From Vicugna vicugna (taxonomy: Eukaryota): a stretch of 64,000 nt of DNA. Shown here one piece after another: positions 36,420 to 48,460 of the stretch. Position numbers and translations under genes: made by a program. The notes below the pieces were generated by a model. It was not told where the DNA came from. It did no database searches and was given only the letters and a program-made list of their open reading frames with translations. Within the stretch, counting starts at the first letter, position 1, and every line of letters begins with the position of its first letter. The stretch is from positions 1,240,001 to 1,304,000 of the forward strand of contig MU057711.1 of the NCBI GenBank assembly GCA_013265495.1, in the 5' to 3' direction.

Positions 36420-36550
36420 GTCAGGTAGGTAGAGTTATTATCCCATTGTATTGATGAGGAGACTGAAAATCAGAAAGATTAAGTAGTTTGCACAAAGTCA
36501 CATTGCAAAGGGCAAATCTGGTTCAAACTTGAGGTTGTTTGACCCTCAAA
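36420..36550 (-). mobile_element. MIR fragment
   Basis: 'tattatcccattgtattgatgaggagactga...aaagtcaca'. Confidence 0.65.
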
Positions 36551-36869
36551 ACCATGGTGACAGCAGAATTTTTCTTCTTGACTCTCAAGGACAGAGTAAG
36601 AGCAAGGGATAGAATGGGCAGAAAAACCAGATAGAGCTTGGCTGGATATCCAAATACTTTTGTTTTTTGAACAGGCTGAGTTGTCTAGCAGTGTCCTTTA
36701 GAAATAACGATCTTCCTGGACTGGATAATTGCAATTTTTATTTCCCATCCCTATAACTCCCTTCTTTTGGTTATCTGGGGCCAATTTTGCTTCACAGATG
36801 ACTCTAGGAATCTCCTTGGCTGGGTGGGCATTTGAGTCTTTATCCTTTGTAGGGTTTATAGAAGATAAT

Positions 36870-37060
36870 GTTTTTAAGCGTTGATTTGCCAGGCATGATT
36901 CTGAGTGTTTTTCATCAATCAGCTCATTTAATACTCACACATGCTTCATGAGACAGAAACACTAGTTATTCTACTTTTACAGAGGAAGAAGCTGAGGTGT
37001 AATGTGTCCAAGCTGACACGGGCAGAGCAGGACCCGGGCCTCCTGGTTCCTAGTCTATAT
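36870..37060 (-). mobile_element. MIR fragment
   Basis: 'ctcatttaatactcac...ttttacagaggaagaagctgagg'. Confidence 0.65.
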
Positions 37061-38328
37061 TATCTCTATTCTGGTGGCATGGAACTTAAACTGAGGTGAG
37101 CCATGCCACCTGTAGCTGACATTTTGGAAGAGCAGAGAGGTGACATGGCAGCAGAAAATGGCAATGTGCAGCGAACCTCTCGGGGATGAGGCAGATGGAT
37201 AGGGAGATGTAGAGAAAATGTATGGGCAGCTCCATGAGCGAGAGACTTGGTCATGAGCTGTCCAGCCCCAGACCTTGTGCAGTCCAGCTGTTCCTGGCTT
37301 CCTTGGCCAGTCACATCCTTCCTAGGTCCTTGTTATCTGAGCTAGTTTGAATGAGCCTGTTTCTTGCCTCTGTTTTCCCTGCCCACCACTGTTCCACAAT
37401 GCACACCTCTGCCCAGAGGCAGTCAATGGCATCTTCCCTCCACCTAAGGCTAGAGCAGCCCAACTAGAGGGTGGGGAGCAAAGCACCCTGAGAATTCTGG
37501 AAACTCTCAAGGGAGGATTACAGAATGCATTGAGTATCCTTGACTATGAAACAGCTCTCAAAATATCCTGGCAATGGCATTTTTGTCTGGTGAAAGTTTA
37601 AGGATACTTAACGTATTTTTGAAAAATCAAGACCTTGCTTCTGCCCACACTCTGGGTAACAAAACCCCAGTCTGCAGACCCTTATGCAGAACCATCTCCC
37701 AGACCACCTGCTGGGGATCCAGCTAAGTCCTCATTTGAGGTGTTGTGGGCTTGTTAAGGCCGCCCGCTCATCCCAAGGCAGTTGGAGAATGTGGCCAATC
37801 AGTTCTCCCCAGGACACTGTTTAACAGAAGAAAAAGCTTCTGTGTCTCTCTTGTAACTTCATCCTCTGACCTTCTGGATCGTTCTGGTCCTGGGAGGAAA
37901 GTGGTGTCCATGACACAGAAAGGCGGAAGGCAAGGATTTCTCACAGCCTCCTCCTCTGAAGTGGGGCTCCAAGGTCAGAATCTCGCCTGTGGAAGGTTAG
38001 AGTCTTGTCCACAGCCAGGGAGACTTACCTGGATTTACAATCAGTACCACTCAGAGTTGCCCATTAGTGTTCCAAACCAGTAAAGAAGACAGAAGACCAC
38101 TGGCATCCAATGGCCACCTTTGTGCAGGGACAATCCTGTGAACTATTCAAGTGGACCACAGTGGGCTCTGCCTCCCTGAGACAAACTCTAAGGTCCTGGT
38201 ACAGAGTGGTTTCTTGTCCCAGCTCCTTCCTGGGTGAGTTTCTGAAGGAAGGACACTTGTGCAGGGCAGAGAAGACCTTCCTGATGCCAGGATCTCAGGA
38301 AGGTCCTCAGAGAAGCTAGCTTAGAACA

Positions 38329-38416
38329 TTTTTTTTTTAATGGAGGTACTGGGGATTGAACTGGGGACCACATGCATACTAAGCATGCACTCTACCACCG
38401 AGCTACACCCTCCCCC
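38329..38416 (-). mobile_element. Camelid tRNA-derived SINE (Vic-1-like)
   Basis: Minus strand GGGGGAGGGTGTAGCTCGGTGGTAGAGTGCATGCTTAG...CAGTTCAATCCCCAGTACCTCCA + A-tail; Pol III A-box- and B-box-like motifs. Confidence 0.85.
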
Positions 38417-38439
38417 AGAACTGCAGCTTCTGACATGAG

Positions 38440-38625
38440 AGAAAGAGCTATGTGCCAGGCTCAGTGTTAAGCTCTTACCAGCATTATCTCTCTAAACCCT
38501 CACCACAGCCCTGACAGAGAGAAGTGTTGTTACCCCATCTGACAGATGAGGAAACTGAGGCTCAGTAAGGGTGAGTTCTTGCCCTCGGGGTAGAGGTGCT
38601 GAGCCTGACTCCAGAGAGACAGAGC
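38440..38625 (-). mobile_element. MIR SINE
   Basis: 'tatgtgccaggc...acagatgaggaaactgaggctcag'. Confidence 0.85.
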
Positions 38626-38974
38626 CCTCCCAAGTTACTCCCTGTCCCCCAGTCTCATTCTGGAGAAGGTCTTGTTTTCCTTTTCTGTTTGTCTGATTCC
38701 TTCCTCTGTGGCTCTTCCTTCCCCTTCCCCTCCTGCCTGTGTCCCTAACAATCCCTTCTACAACCCACTGCATGTCCCCTAAACTGCCCCCTCTCTCTCC
38801 TTCCCGCTTTGTTTGTCACCGGGTGGCTCAGGAAAGAGACTAGAACATGACGGTTCAGACCCTCCAACTCAGTTTCACCACAGCCCTCCTCTCTTACTTG
38901 AGTTATTGATTAGAGTTTCCTCTCCTCATCCACTCTGTGACCCCTCCAGATGGAGTTCTGGATTCTTGACTCCA

Positions 38975-39220
38975 CTATTCATTTGTTCATTAGTTCCTTT
39001 AGTTGAACAAATTTTGAGGGTCTTAGGGATAGAGCCCTGTTCTGCATCTTGGGGATGCAACAGCAAATAAACCAGAAAAGACGCTTGTCTTCTTAAGTTC
39101 AAGTTTGGGCGACAGATCATGGACAGGAATACAAATAAATGAAGAAGATAAATAAGCAAGACTAAGACAAGTGTCTTAAAGGTCAGACCAGCACGATGAG
39201 GTGAGGAGGGGCTAGGGAGG
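38975..39220 (-). mobile_element. L2 LINE 3' fragment
   Basis: 'attcatttgttcatt...aacaaatttt...ggggatgcaacagcaaataa'. Confidence 0.5.
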
Positions 39221-39814
39221 TGGTTGGGGTGCTTGGCAGCTTCTTTCTGTGGGATGACTTGGGGTCCAGGTCCCAGTGGACTCCCACTGCCACACTGATG
39301 GGGCCTGAGCAGGGCATGAGCTTTCTAGAGGCTTCTCCCCTGCAGACTCTTCCTTCTCCCTTAGGTCCATCAGGAATCCTTACAAAGGAAGTGAATTAGC
39401 AGCCAGACTTAATAAAACCTGGTGAGAGAGGAAAGACTAAATTTAACTCCCTCTGTTCTGTCCAGGAGGGAGTGCTGGCTCCTCCTTCCTTCCTGGGGGA
39501 CTGTTCTCTCCCCTCCAGGAGTCATGGTGAGTTGTCTGCCTGCAGGGTCACTTGTCCCTAGAGCAGAAGGTCAGCTCCAACTCTTGGCATCTGTCTGAGG
39601 CAGCGTCAGTCCTTTGCTTCCCCTGGTTTTCACCTTTGTGTTTCTAGTCCCTGTTTTATATCTGTCCCCACTGACTTTCCACTAGCATGTATTTGTAATT
39701 GCAGCTCATTTATCCTGGGGGGGGGGCGGTTCTTGGGATCCAGAGGGACTTGGGGTGACTATCACAGAGGGAGATTCTCTGGGGTGAGAGGTGCTTCTCT
39801 CTTCTCTGGAAACC

Positions 39815-40644
39815 TGTGAAATAATAAGAAATATACATGTACTGGTCTTTGCCCCCAGTTTCTGACACAGAGCTCCTAAATCCTTTGGAATTTCATAGGT
39901 GAGAGTAGTGTTTGGTTCTGATGTGACTCTTGGTGGGCCCCTGGATGAGGCGGGTCACCAGAAAGAACAAGCCATGATTAGGAGCTTGGAACTTTCAGCC
40001 CTACCCTTCTTTCTCCAGAGAGGGGAGAGAGGCTGGAATTGAGTTAATGATCAATCATGCCTACATGATGAAGCCTGCATAAAAATCCCAATGGTACTGG
40101 GTTCAGAGAGCTTCTGGGTGGTGACCTCATCTACATACCTGGAGGATGGGGCTCTGCTCCCCATTTTTACAGGGACAGAAGCTCTTCCCCTCAGGACCCT
40201 TCTAGACTGCACCCTATGTGTCACTTCATCTGGTTTTCTTTTGTATCCTTCATCCATAAGCTTTGTTATAGAATAAACAGCTAAACAAGTGTTTCCCTGA
40301 GTTCTGTGAGCTCTTCTAGCAAATAATCAAATCCAGGGGAGGGGTCGTGGGAGCCTCTGATTTGTAGCCAAACCAGGCAGAAGTTGTGAGTAACTGGGAC
40401 CTACGACTTGTGATTGGCATCTGGAGTGGGAGCAGTCTTTGGAACTAAGCTCTTAACCCATGGGGTCTGCACTAACTCGGGTTAGTGTCAGAACTGAATG
40501 GAATTTGTAGGACACTTAGCTGGTGTCTCAGAGAATTGCTTGGTGGGGAAACCCCTCCACAAACATTTGGTGACCAGAAGTGCCAGAAGTGAATCTTAAG
40601 TAGTAAAGGAGAGAGACACAGAAGAAGTGAGTTTTTCCTTTACA
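39815..40644 (+). mobile_element. Full-length ERV solo LTR (MER21-like), 830 bp
   Basis: TG...CA termini; 5-bp TSD AAACC (39810-39814) / GAACC (40645-40649); MER21-like motifs 'ccatgattag...ggaactttcagccc', 'aatcaatcatgcctac', 'tttccctgagttctgtgag'; AATAAA at 40272. Confidence 0.8.
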
Positions 40645-41312
40645 GAACCTTCATCTGCCACGAAAATAGTTCTCACTCTGCGATTCTGGGTAAACGGCTG
40701 CTGCAGCCCCTCCCCCGTGCCTCCCACCCTGGCAATGACAATCTGACTGATGTTGCCCATTAAGGCTGTACTTGGGGGTTTGAACCTATGAAGCCATAAA
40801 CTAAAAACATCCATTCACCTGCAAAAGCCCCAACTGTCTCCAAAACCAAGTCAGATGTCTTTTCTCTATATGGATTTATGATCTCAGCCAAGGTGATTTT
40901 ATTTTTCTAACATCAGCAGAAGACCCTAATATCCACAGAGCCAGTCTGAACTTATAACGAACTTTAAAATTGTCTTTGGCTTTTGAATCAGATCCTCAGA
41001 ATAGTCTCTGAAATCAACCCCTGGCTCATCAGGCTGGTGTACGGGGGTCACTGCTCCTCCCGTGCCCTTGGCCTCCCGTCCAGGGGTCGATCCCCTGCAG
41101 CCCCCACGTGCCTCTTTGCCAGGCCTTCCAAGGAGTGGTAAGGTGCTGAATTGCCATAGCACCAATCCTGGTCCCCACCAGGAATGTCACAGATCGAAGA
41201 GCCCCATGTGCCCCCTCTACCTCATGGTAGAGTCAGGAGAGGGGGTCCAGAGCAGGGGGGCCATCCCATCTTCTGTATTCAGACTGAAGCCCTTGTTGGA
41301 CCTTCCTCCACC

Positions 41313-41410
41313 CCAGTGGTTCTCGATCTCAGCTGCACACCAGAATCACCTGGGAGCAAAGGGAACCCTTCTGATTAAGAAGTGATTTGATTCCTAGCTC
41401 ACCCCAGAAG
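41313..41410. mobile_element. MER5-type DNA transposon fragment
   Basis: 'cagtggttctc...gctgcacaccagaatcacctgggagc'. Confidence 0.65.
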
Positions 41411-41669
41411 GGGCCACTGCTCCTAGTGATCCTGCCAAGGCCAGAGCTGGGCAGGAGACGGGCTGAGATGATGCTATTAAGCTCAGCGCTGCACAGGGGC
41501 TACCTTGGATACTGGGTTCCCTCCCATCCTTCTCATCCCCTAATCCCCATTCCACATCCCAGCTATAATGTGAAAGGCTGCTACACAATTCTTTACTTTC
41601 AGGGAAAGGGCAGTAAAACCATATGAGTTCAGGGCCTTCAACCTTCTTACTCATCTGACATCTCCAGTT

Positions 41670-42060
41670 CCTACACAGTGCCTGGCACACACTGGCACAG
41701 AGTAAATATTTGTGGATGAAATACCTGAGTGAATGAATGAACAAGCAATACGTGAATGAGAACAGAAATTCCCCAGAAATGGGAAGACCTGGGCTAGCTC
41801 CTCCCCCAGGAAAACTCGATATCACAGGATTTAAAATACAGATATGTAATTATTTAGGAAGTTGCTGGCATAATATGTCTGAGAATCATATCCCAATTCC
41901 ACTCTATTTGAACCATCTGATCTTATAAATTATTTAGTCTGCTCAATTCTCAGTTTCTGCATGTGAAAAATGGGATCATAATCATCCCTATGCCACACTG
42001 CATGAAAAGTTGGCACAGTGCCTGACACATGGTAGACACTCAAATATCAGCTCTTATCAA
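41670..42060 (+). mobile_element. L2 3' end (~41670-41760) and MIR (~41900-42060)
   Basis: 'cacagtgcctggcaca...taaatatttgtggatgaa'; 'ctcagtttctgcatgtgaaaaatggga...acagtgcctgacacatggtag'. Confidence 0.6.
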
Positions 42061-42467
42061 AATTATTAGAGAGAGATTGTTTGTGCATATGTCGATCTGG
42101 ATCTGGATCTATTTCTATGGTCATTTGACACCCATAAAGTTCTGGGTTCAGTAACTGCTGTATTTATCCTACAAATACTGCTGCCTGTCTCTGGCTCTGA
42201 CTCTTGGCCCAGATTATTTTCAACCCTTAAAGAGCTATAGTTTGTGTGTTAAGTGTCACATTCACACTTTCTCTTTGGTTACTAGAGTTACAGCTTATCA
42301 ACAGCTCTCTTAAATTCTCCACGTCTGTTTTCCATCACTCATCTCTCAGAATCATCCACTTGGCAAAGCTCTCAGCTCCCCCTCTCTCTGTATTGTTTTC
42401 TCCCAGTCACCTGATGTTATGTCTCTCCTGTTGTTTTTTGTTCTTCCCAGCTTATCCTGCTTCGTTG

Positions 42468-42648
42468 GCAAGAATAGCAAATGGTTTTCATCTCCTGTGT
42501 CAGCTCAGATAGCCTGGAGAGCTGCACTGAGGCTTCTAAGGCCATGTCTGGGGTCAGTGGGACAGAGCCTCATGATTGATTAGTAATGTCTGCCACTGAC
42601 ATGGGAGGGAAAGGTACGGCTGTGTGTGGTCGTCATTTGCCATCCTTA
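42468..42648. mobile_element. MER102-like hAT-Charlie relic
   Basis: Degenerate TIRs 'caagaatagcaaat' ... 'atttgccatcctt'. Confidence 0.45.
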
Positions 42649-43529
42649 TTTGGGCACAGGAAATGTTGTGACTCATCTTTTTATAGCTTTACTATAAATC
42701 TTTCAGCAAAATCAAACGTCAGCTGAAATACAAAGTTAAATCATCTAATACAGTACACTACAATTTGGACAGGTGCTAAAAAATGATTTCTTCTCACTCT
42801 CTCTCTTAGCCAGAGGGAACATCTATATCCCTCTGTCTTTGGGGAGCTGGGAGGCCTTCATCAAGAATGTTTTTTCTTCTCTCTAGAAAGCACAGGCTAC
42901 AGCAGAAAAATTGTTACAGCCCTAATATTAAATTTGCTGAGAAAACTCAGGGATTCATGTGGTTAGAAGGAGAAACCAGGCTTTCTATGTGATGGTACAT
43001 GGGGCCTGTGTGGTAGGGCTGGTACCACTGGCCTAGGGCTCATCCTCAGTCATCTTGCTCACTTCCTGCAAGGCCTGGATGGGATCTCTTGCCTTAGTTT
43101 CCCCTAGTCTTCCCACTTTCAGAGGAGGTTGTTCCCAGGTTAGGGTTAATTTGTGAGCAGAGGGCTTAGTGGTGACCATGCCAAGGTGCTAATGCTGGTA
43201 CCACATTTCCTGAGGGTTTTGCCTGTGCCAGGCTGAGTGCTGGATGCCCACGTCAGCTTCTGAAACTGACTCCTTCTGCCAGTCCCAGGCTTAGACCAGA
43301 AATAGATAAAGCCCCCACCCAAGTCTGAATACCCTGTCTTGTGCCTGAGTCCCAAGATTCTCTTGCTCAGAACTTCTCTTCTGTGAGGAGACACAGGGCC
43401 AGCAAGTCCACCCCCCACAACCCTATCTGCCTGACCATCCTGCCCCCCTTTCAGGCTGCTCCCCTAAGCTCTTCCATCAACAGTGACAACCTTGTCTGTG
43501 ACAGCAGCTGCAGCATCCTTTACGTTGGC

Positions 43530-43925
43530 AAGGCTTTGGGCAAGTATCCCAGCCACACTGTGCCTCAGTGTCCTCATCTATAAGATGAAACCTATACTAA
43601 CTACCCACAAAGTAGGTAGTTGGAATAGGTTGTTTTTAAGTTTGTTGTTTTAAGGATTGAAGGAGTTCACACACGTGGAGCTCTTAGACCAGTGCCTGGC
43701 ACCCAGTGAAGTCTTCAGATGTCAATTCTTACTATTATCATTTGAAGCACTTTTCCTCTAGTCCTGTTTGACCAGCACTGCAAGGTCAGATGGGCCAGCA
43801 CAATTAGAATCCTCATCGTAAGAAGCAACTGAAGTTCAGGAGGGTGAGGGTTCCTGTCCAGGGCACCCTGGTGGCCAGGTGAGCTGGGCCAGAGCCCAGT
43901 TCTTTTGAGTCCACATCCAGGGCTT
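43530..43925. mobile_element. Two adjacent inverted MIR copies (plus ~43530-43740, minus ~43750-43925)
   Basis: 'ttgggcaagt...ctgtgcctcagtgtcctcatctataagatg...cagtgcctggcac'; then 'actgaagttcaggagggtgag...gagctgggcc'. Confidence 0.6.
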
Positions 43926-44699
43926 GTGTGACTTGACCCCTAGACTTCACTGGTGACAGATTCTGCTTTGCCTTTTAATTTTTCACAAAAAATCACTTTA
44001 TACACAATCAGAGTTCTTGACTACCTCAAAGTCAGATTGGAATATGTGTGTAAACGTGTTGAATATATATCCTACTGTTACTATGGATGTTGTAATCCTT
44101 GGGAAAGAAAGTGGGTCAAGACATTGCATCTTTTATGTCTGTAGTGGAGTTCTGCCATTTTCACCAACTCTGAGACCACTCCACGTCCTGTGTGACATCA
44201 CTCTGACTTCCTGTTGAGGATCCCCCCATCAGTTATGGGACAACGGGTGGGGCTCTTAGCTTTTACTCTGTTGGTTTCCAGCAGAGTAACACTCCTGGCC
44301 TCTCCCTTGCCTTCCATCTCTCCCCAGAGAGAAGGAGTGGCTTGTCAATTTGGTACATTTAAGGGAAGAAACTGGGCATGCTCTGTTCAGTCTCCTCCTC
44401 CCATTTCTCCCTCAGGGAGTACACATCCCTTTCTCTTCTAAGCTGTGCTTTTACAAGGTCAGGGCCCCAAAGGGGAGGGGACCTGTAGTTATGTTTCACC
44501 TGTGACAGGCTGACGGCTTCTGAGATGTTAGTATTTCAGAACTCACTGTTGCTGAACACTGGAGCTACATTCTCCAAATTTACTTTTATGAGTAATAACT
44601 GTGGTGTTTTTGAGTTCCATCTGCCTGACCTGGTGTCCATCTCTCAACTGTTCTGGACCCAGGCAGAGAAAAGGCAGAATGTTAATCATTAGACCCCTC

Positions 44700-45090
44700 A
44701 GACCTCCAAGTCCTACCCAGCTTTCAGTACCTTCCCCAAGTCTGAACTCCAGGTGGTCCATCAGCACATCCCTATCCCTTTGCCCACTGTGTTTAATTCA
44801 GGATGGGGACATGATCCAAGCTGACTCAATAAAATGCTAGCCCTGGAGAGTTATTGGATTATTTTTGGAAAAGAAGTTATGATTTTCCCTGAAACTACTC
44901 AGAGAAGACTATAAGCCAAGACTCATTTGTGAGTTTCTTCCCACCACAGAAGAAGAGCCTGCCTGATAAGTTGACACAGAAGAAAGATAGAAGGAGACAG
45001 GAATCAAATGACAGTGACCACACATCCCCTCCATCCCTTGAGCTGATATGAACTGGTCTTCACTGCTTGCAACCAGAAAGCCTTGGTTAT
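44700..45090 (+). mobile_element. MLT1-type MaLR LTR relic
   Basis: 'ttcaggatggggacatgatccaagctgactcaat...gagcctgcctg...cttgcaacc'. Confidence 0.45.
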
Positions 45091-45520
45091 GCAAAGCTTC
45101 TCTCTCCATTAGTTTGGCAGAAAACCAAGAGGATCTCAACTTGCTGATGAGCCCCTCCATCACACCCTGCCCTTGACACTGGCCATATTTATACACACAT
45201 CAACTTCCACTGATATTTCCACTACCCTAGGTGTCCTACTTGGACAAGTTTGAGCCTGTATGTTGAGTGGACTTGGTACAGTTTAGTGTAGTAGTTAATC
45301 ACAGAACTTAATGCACACGTGGCAGTTTTTCCCTTCAGCACATTTTGCTAATTCTGGAGCAAATCACCATTTCCATTATTCTCTCAAACACATCAGAAAG
45401 GTGCCCACACTACTCCCTGTGACCCCCTGCACTGAACCTCAATATAGTCCAGGGGAGAAAAAGCAGTTTCAGTCTGGCCCTGATCATCATCTTTGTCATC
45501 TCTAGCTTACATTTGTTTGC

Positions 45521-45649
45521 CTTCCTGCCTTCCTTCCTTCCTTCCTTCCTTCCTTCCTTCCTTCCTTCCTTCCTTCCTTCTTCCTTCCTTCCTCCTTCCT
45601 TCCTCCTTCCTTCCTTCCTTTCTTTCTTCCTTCCTTCCTTCCTTCCTTC

Positions 45650-45712
<63 letters not shown>

Positions 45713-45755
45713 TTCTTTCTTTTCTTTCTTTTCTTTCTTTTCTTTCTTTCTTTTC
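45521..45755 (+). repeat. Compound pyrimidine microsatellite (CCTT)n-(CTTT)n-(CTTTTCTTT)n
   Basis: Directly visible; purine-free from 45528 to 45755. Confidence 0.98.
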
Positions 45756-46307
45756 ATGTCAGAGAGATGGCAAAGATAAACCAAAGGATATGATGGAGGG
45801 AAGTGCTCACATTCAGATGAAACTAATACTAATGTAGGCTTCTGGTGAGGGTATGATTTCAGAGAGGGTGCCCCTGAGATGTTAACCCAATCTTGCAGGT
45901 GAGGAACTTGGCTCAGAGACATGAAGAAACTTGTGCAGCCTGAAAAAGCTTCACAACTTTCTGACTCCAAAGATTAGGCTTTTGGTCATTGTGCTGCCCC
46001 AGTCCTCTGGGCAGGGACTCTTGACATCCTAAAAATAATGGTTCCATCCTGCCCAGGCTCTAAAGCCTTTCCACGGGTCATGTCAGCTAGAAGTAAGCTC
46101 TCTGTCCTCTGAACCTCAACACTACCCTGTCGGGATTTCTTCTTTGGTTCTTAGCCTATAGTGTCTTGTAGTACAGCATTTCCCCCTATTCTCACCCTAA
46201 AAAGGTTGTGATAATATTGCTCAGAGAATCCAAGTGGGTAGATGTGAAATCAGGACAGACTCTTTTCCAGCACTAAGTGGGATTTCACAAAAGGGATGAC
46301 ATCGACC

Positions 46308-46328
46308 TCTTTCTTTCTTTTCTTTCTT

Positions 46329-46388
<60 letters not shown>

Positions 46389-46467
46389 CTTTCATTTGTT
46401 TTTGAAGTGGAGTTGATTTATAATGTTAGTTTCAGGTGTAGAGCAAAGTGACTCAGTTATACATATA

Positions 46468-46498
<31 letters not shown>

Positions 46499-47310
46499 CA
46501 CACACACACATACACATTTTCAGATTCTTTTCCATTATAGCTTATTATAAGAAATTGAATATAGTTCCCTGTGCTATACAGTAGGTCTTTGTTGTTTTTC
46601 TTTTTTATATACAGTAGAGTGTATCTGTTAATCCCCAACTCCTAATTTATTCCTCCTCTCACTTTTCCCTTTGATAACCATAAGTTTGTTTTCTATGTCC
46701 ATGAGTCTATTTCTGGTTTGTAAATTAGATTTGTATGTTTTTTAGGTTCCACATGTAAGTGATATCATATGATATTTGCCTTTCTCTGTCTGAGTTACTT
46801 AGTATCATAATCTCTAGGTCCATTTTTCCAAGTTGCTGCAAATGGCATTATTTCATTCTTTTTTATGGCTGAGTAATATTCCATATACATATACATACTA
46901 TATCTTCTTTATCCATTCGTCTAACAATGTACATTTAGGTTGTTTCCATGCCCTGGCTATTGTAAATAGTGCTGCTATAAACACTGGAGTGCATGTATCT
47001 TGCTGAGTTAGAGTTTCCCCCAGACATATGCCCAGGAGTAGAATTGCTGGATCACACAGTAACTCTATTTTTAGTTTTTAAAAGAATCTCCATACTGTTC
47101 TCTATAGTGGCTGTACCAATTTACATTCCCACCAAAAATGTAGGAGGATTCCTTTTTTCCCATACCCTCTCCAGCATTTATTATTTGCAAACTTTTGAAT
47201 GATGGCCATTCTGACTGGTGTGAGGTGACACCTCATTGTAGTTTTGATTTGCATTTTTCCAACAATTAGCAATGTTGAACATCTATTCAGTGTGCCTACT
47301 GGCCATCTGG
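46308..47310 (-). mobile_element. LINE-1 3' end (cetartiodactyl-type) with tail converted to (CTTT)/(CT) microsatellite
   Basis: 'tgaagtggagttgatttataatgttagtttcaggtgtagagcaaagtg...gatggccattctgactggtgtgaggtga'; microsatellite 46308-46393. Confidence 0.9.
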
Positions 47311-47334
47311 ATAATAATTTTCTTGTTTTTAGTT

Positions 47335-47440
47335 AAATTTTTTAACTTTAAATTTTATTTTTTAACGGAGGTACTAAGAACTGGACCCTGGACCTCGTAT
47401 ATGCCAAGCACTCTTCTACCACTGAGCTAGCTCCCTCCTC
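47335..47440 (-). mobile_element. Camelid tRNA-derived SINE (Vic-1-like), more diverged copy
   Basis: 'ggaggtactaagaactggaccctggacctcgtatatgccaagcac...tctaccactgagcta' homologous to 38329-38416. Confidence 0.75.
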
Positions 47441-47599
47441 TTCGTTACAGCTGGTAATGCATATGCATAGGGTACCTGCTGGGTCCAAAACCCTCACTAT
47501 TCTTACCTTCTCTATCTGAAACTGTGAAATGATGAAACTATTTTTTTTTGGTAGGGGGAGCAACCTGGAACTATACATCAAACTTGAATGTTTATGTAC

Positions 47600-48045
47600 A
47601 GCATATTAGTTCACTGTGGCTATTATAATAAAGAACCAACAACTGGGTGGTTTAAGCAACAGAAATGTATTCTCTCTCAGTTCTGGAGGCTGGAAGTCCA
47701 AGACCAAGGTGTTGGCAGGGCTGAGAGGGAGAATCTCTTTCATCCTCTCCCCTGGCCTTTGCTGGTTTCCTGGCAATCTCTGGCATTTCTGGCTTGCTGA
47801 AGCACTCTCCCTATCTCTGACTTCATATGACATTCTCCCTGTAGGCTTGTCTCTGGGTCCAGATGTCCCTTTTTATAAGGTCCCCAGTCATACTGTATAA
47901 GGCCTCCATTAATGATTTTTTCTTAACTTAGCTGATTAGGTCTGCAGTGAGCTCATTCCCAAATAACTGCACGTTCTGAGGTATTGGGGGCTTAGGACTT
48001 CAACATATGAATTTGGGGAAGGAAACACAATTCAATCTATTTCAC
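47600..48045 (-). mobile_element. MLT1B/C-like MaLR solo LTR
   Basis: 'aactgggtggtttaagcaacagaaatgtattctctctcagttctggaggctggaagtccaaga...gacttcaacatatgaattt'. Confidence 0.85.
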
Positions 48046-48460
48046 CTGGAAATTTCACTTCTAGGAATCTAGCCTGGCAATCTACTTCCACGTGTTCACT
48101 AAGAGGCATTTTAGAAGATGTTTGGCAAAAGCAACATTGGAATGTTATGCATTAAAAAAGAAGGTAGTTGATCTATATGTACCACTATGAAATGATTTCT
48201 AGGGCATATTATAAAATAAAGCAGCATCTTATAAAAGATAGTGTGGTCATAAAACAGAACAAAACTCTGAGTTACGTAAATGTAGACAGAGATGATCAGA
48301 AGAATGCAGAGCCAGACTGTTGACAGTGTAAGCTCTAGAGAGAAGCAAGGGAGCAGAAGATGGTTTAGGGGTCTTTGGGGTTTTCCAGCTTACTTCTGAT
48401 CATTTAAATCTTTCATAATGAGAATGCACTCACATTTCACTTGAATGATACAGATAAAAT
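48046..48460 (+). mobile_element. Ancient L1ME-like 3' fragment
   Basis: 'aatttcacttctaggaatcta...ttatgcattaaaaaagaa...gatctatatgtac'. Confidence 0.5.

Noticed and set aside
38329..38416. tRNA-Ala-like sequence as a true tRNA gene
   Set aside because: Has an A-rich tail, degenerate stems and a second diverged copy; it is a SINE.
45410..45970. 186-aa K/E/R/G-rich ORF and overlapping F/L/S/P ORFs
   Set aside because: These are translations of the (CCTT)/(CTTT) microsatellite, not a gene.
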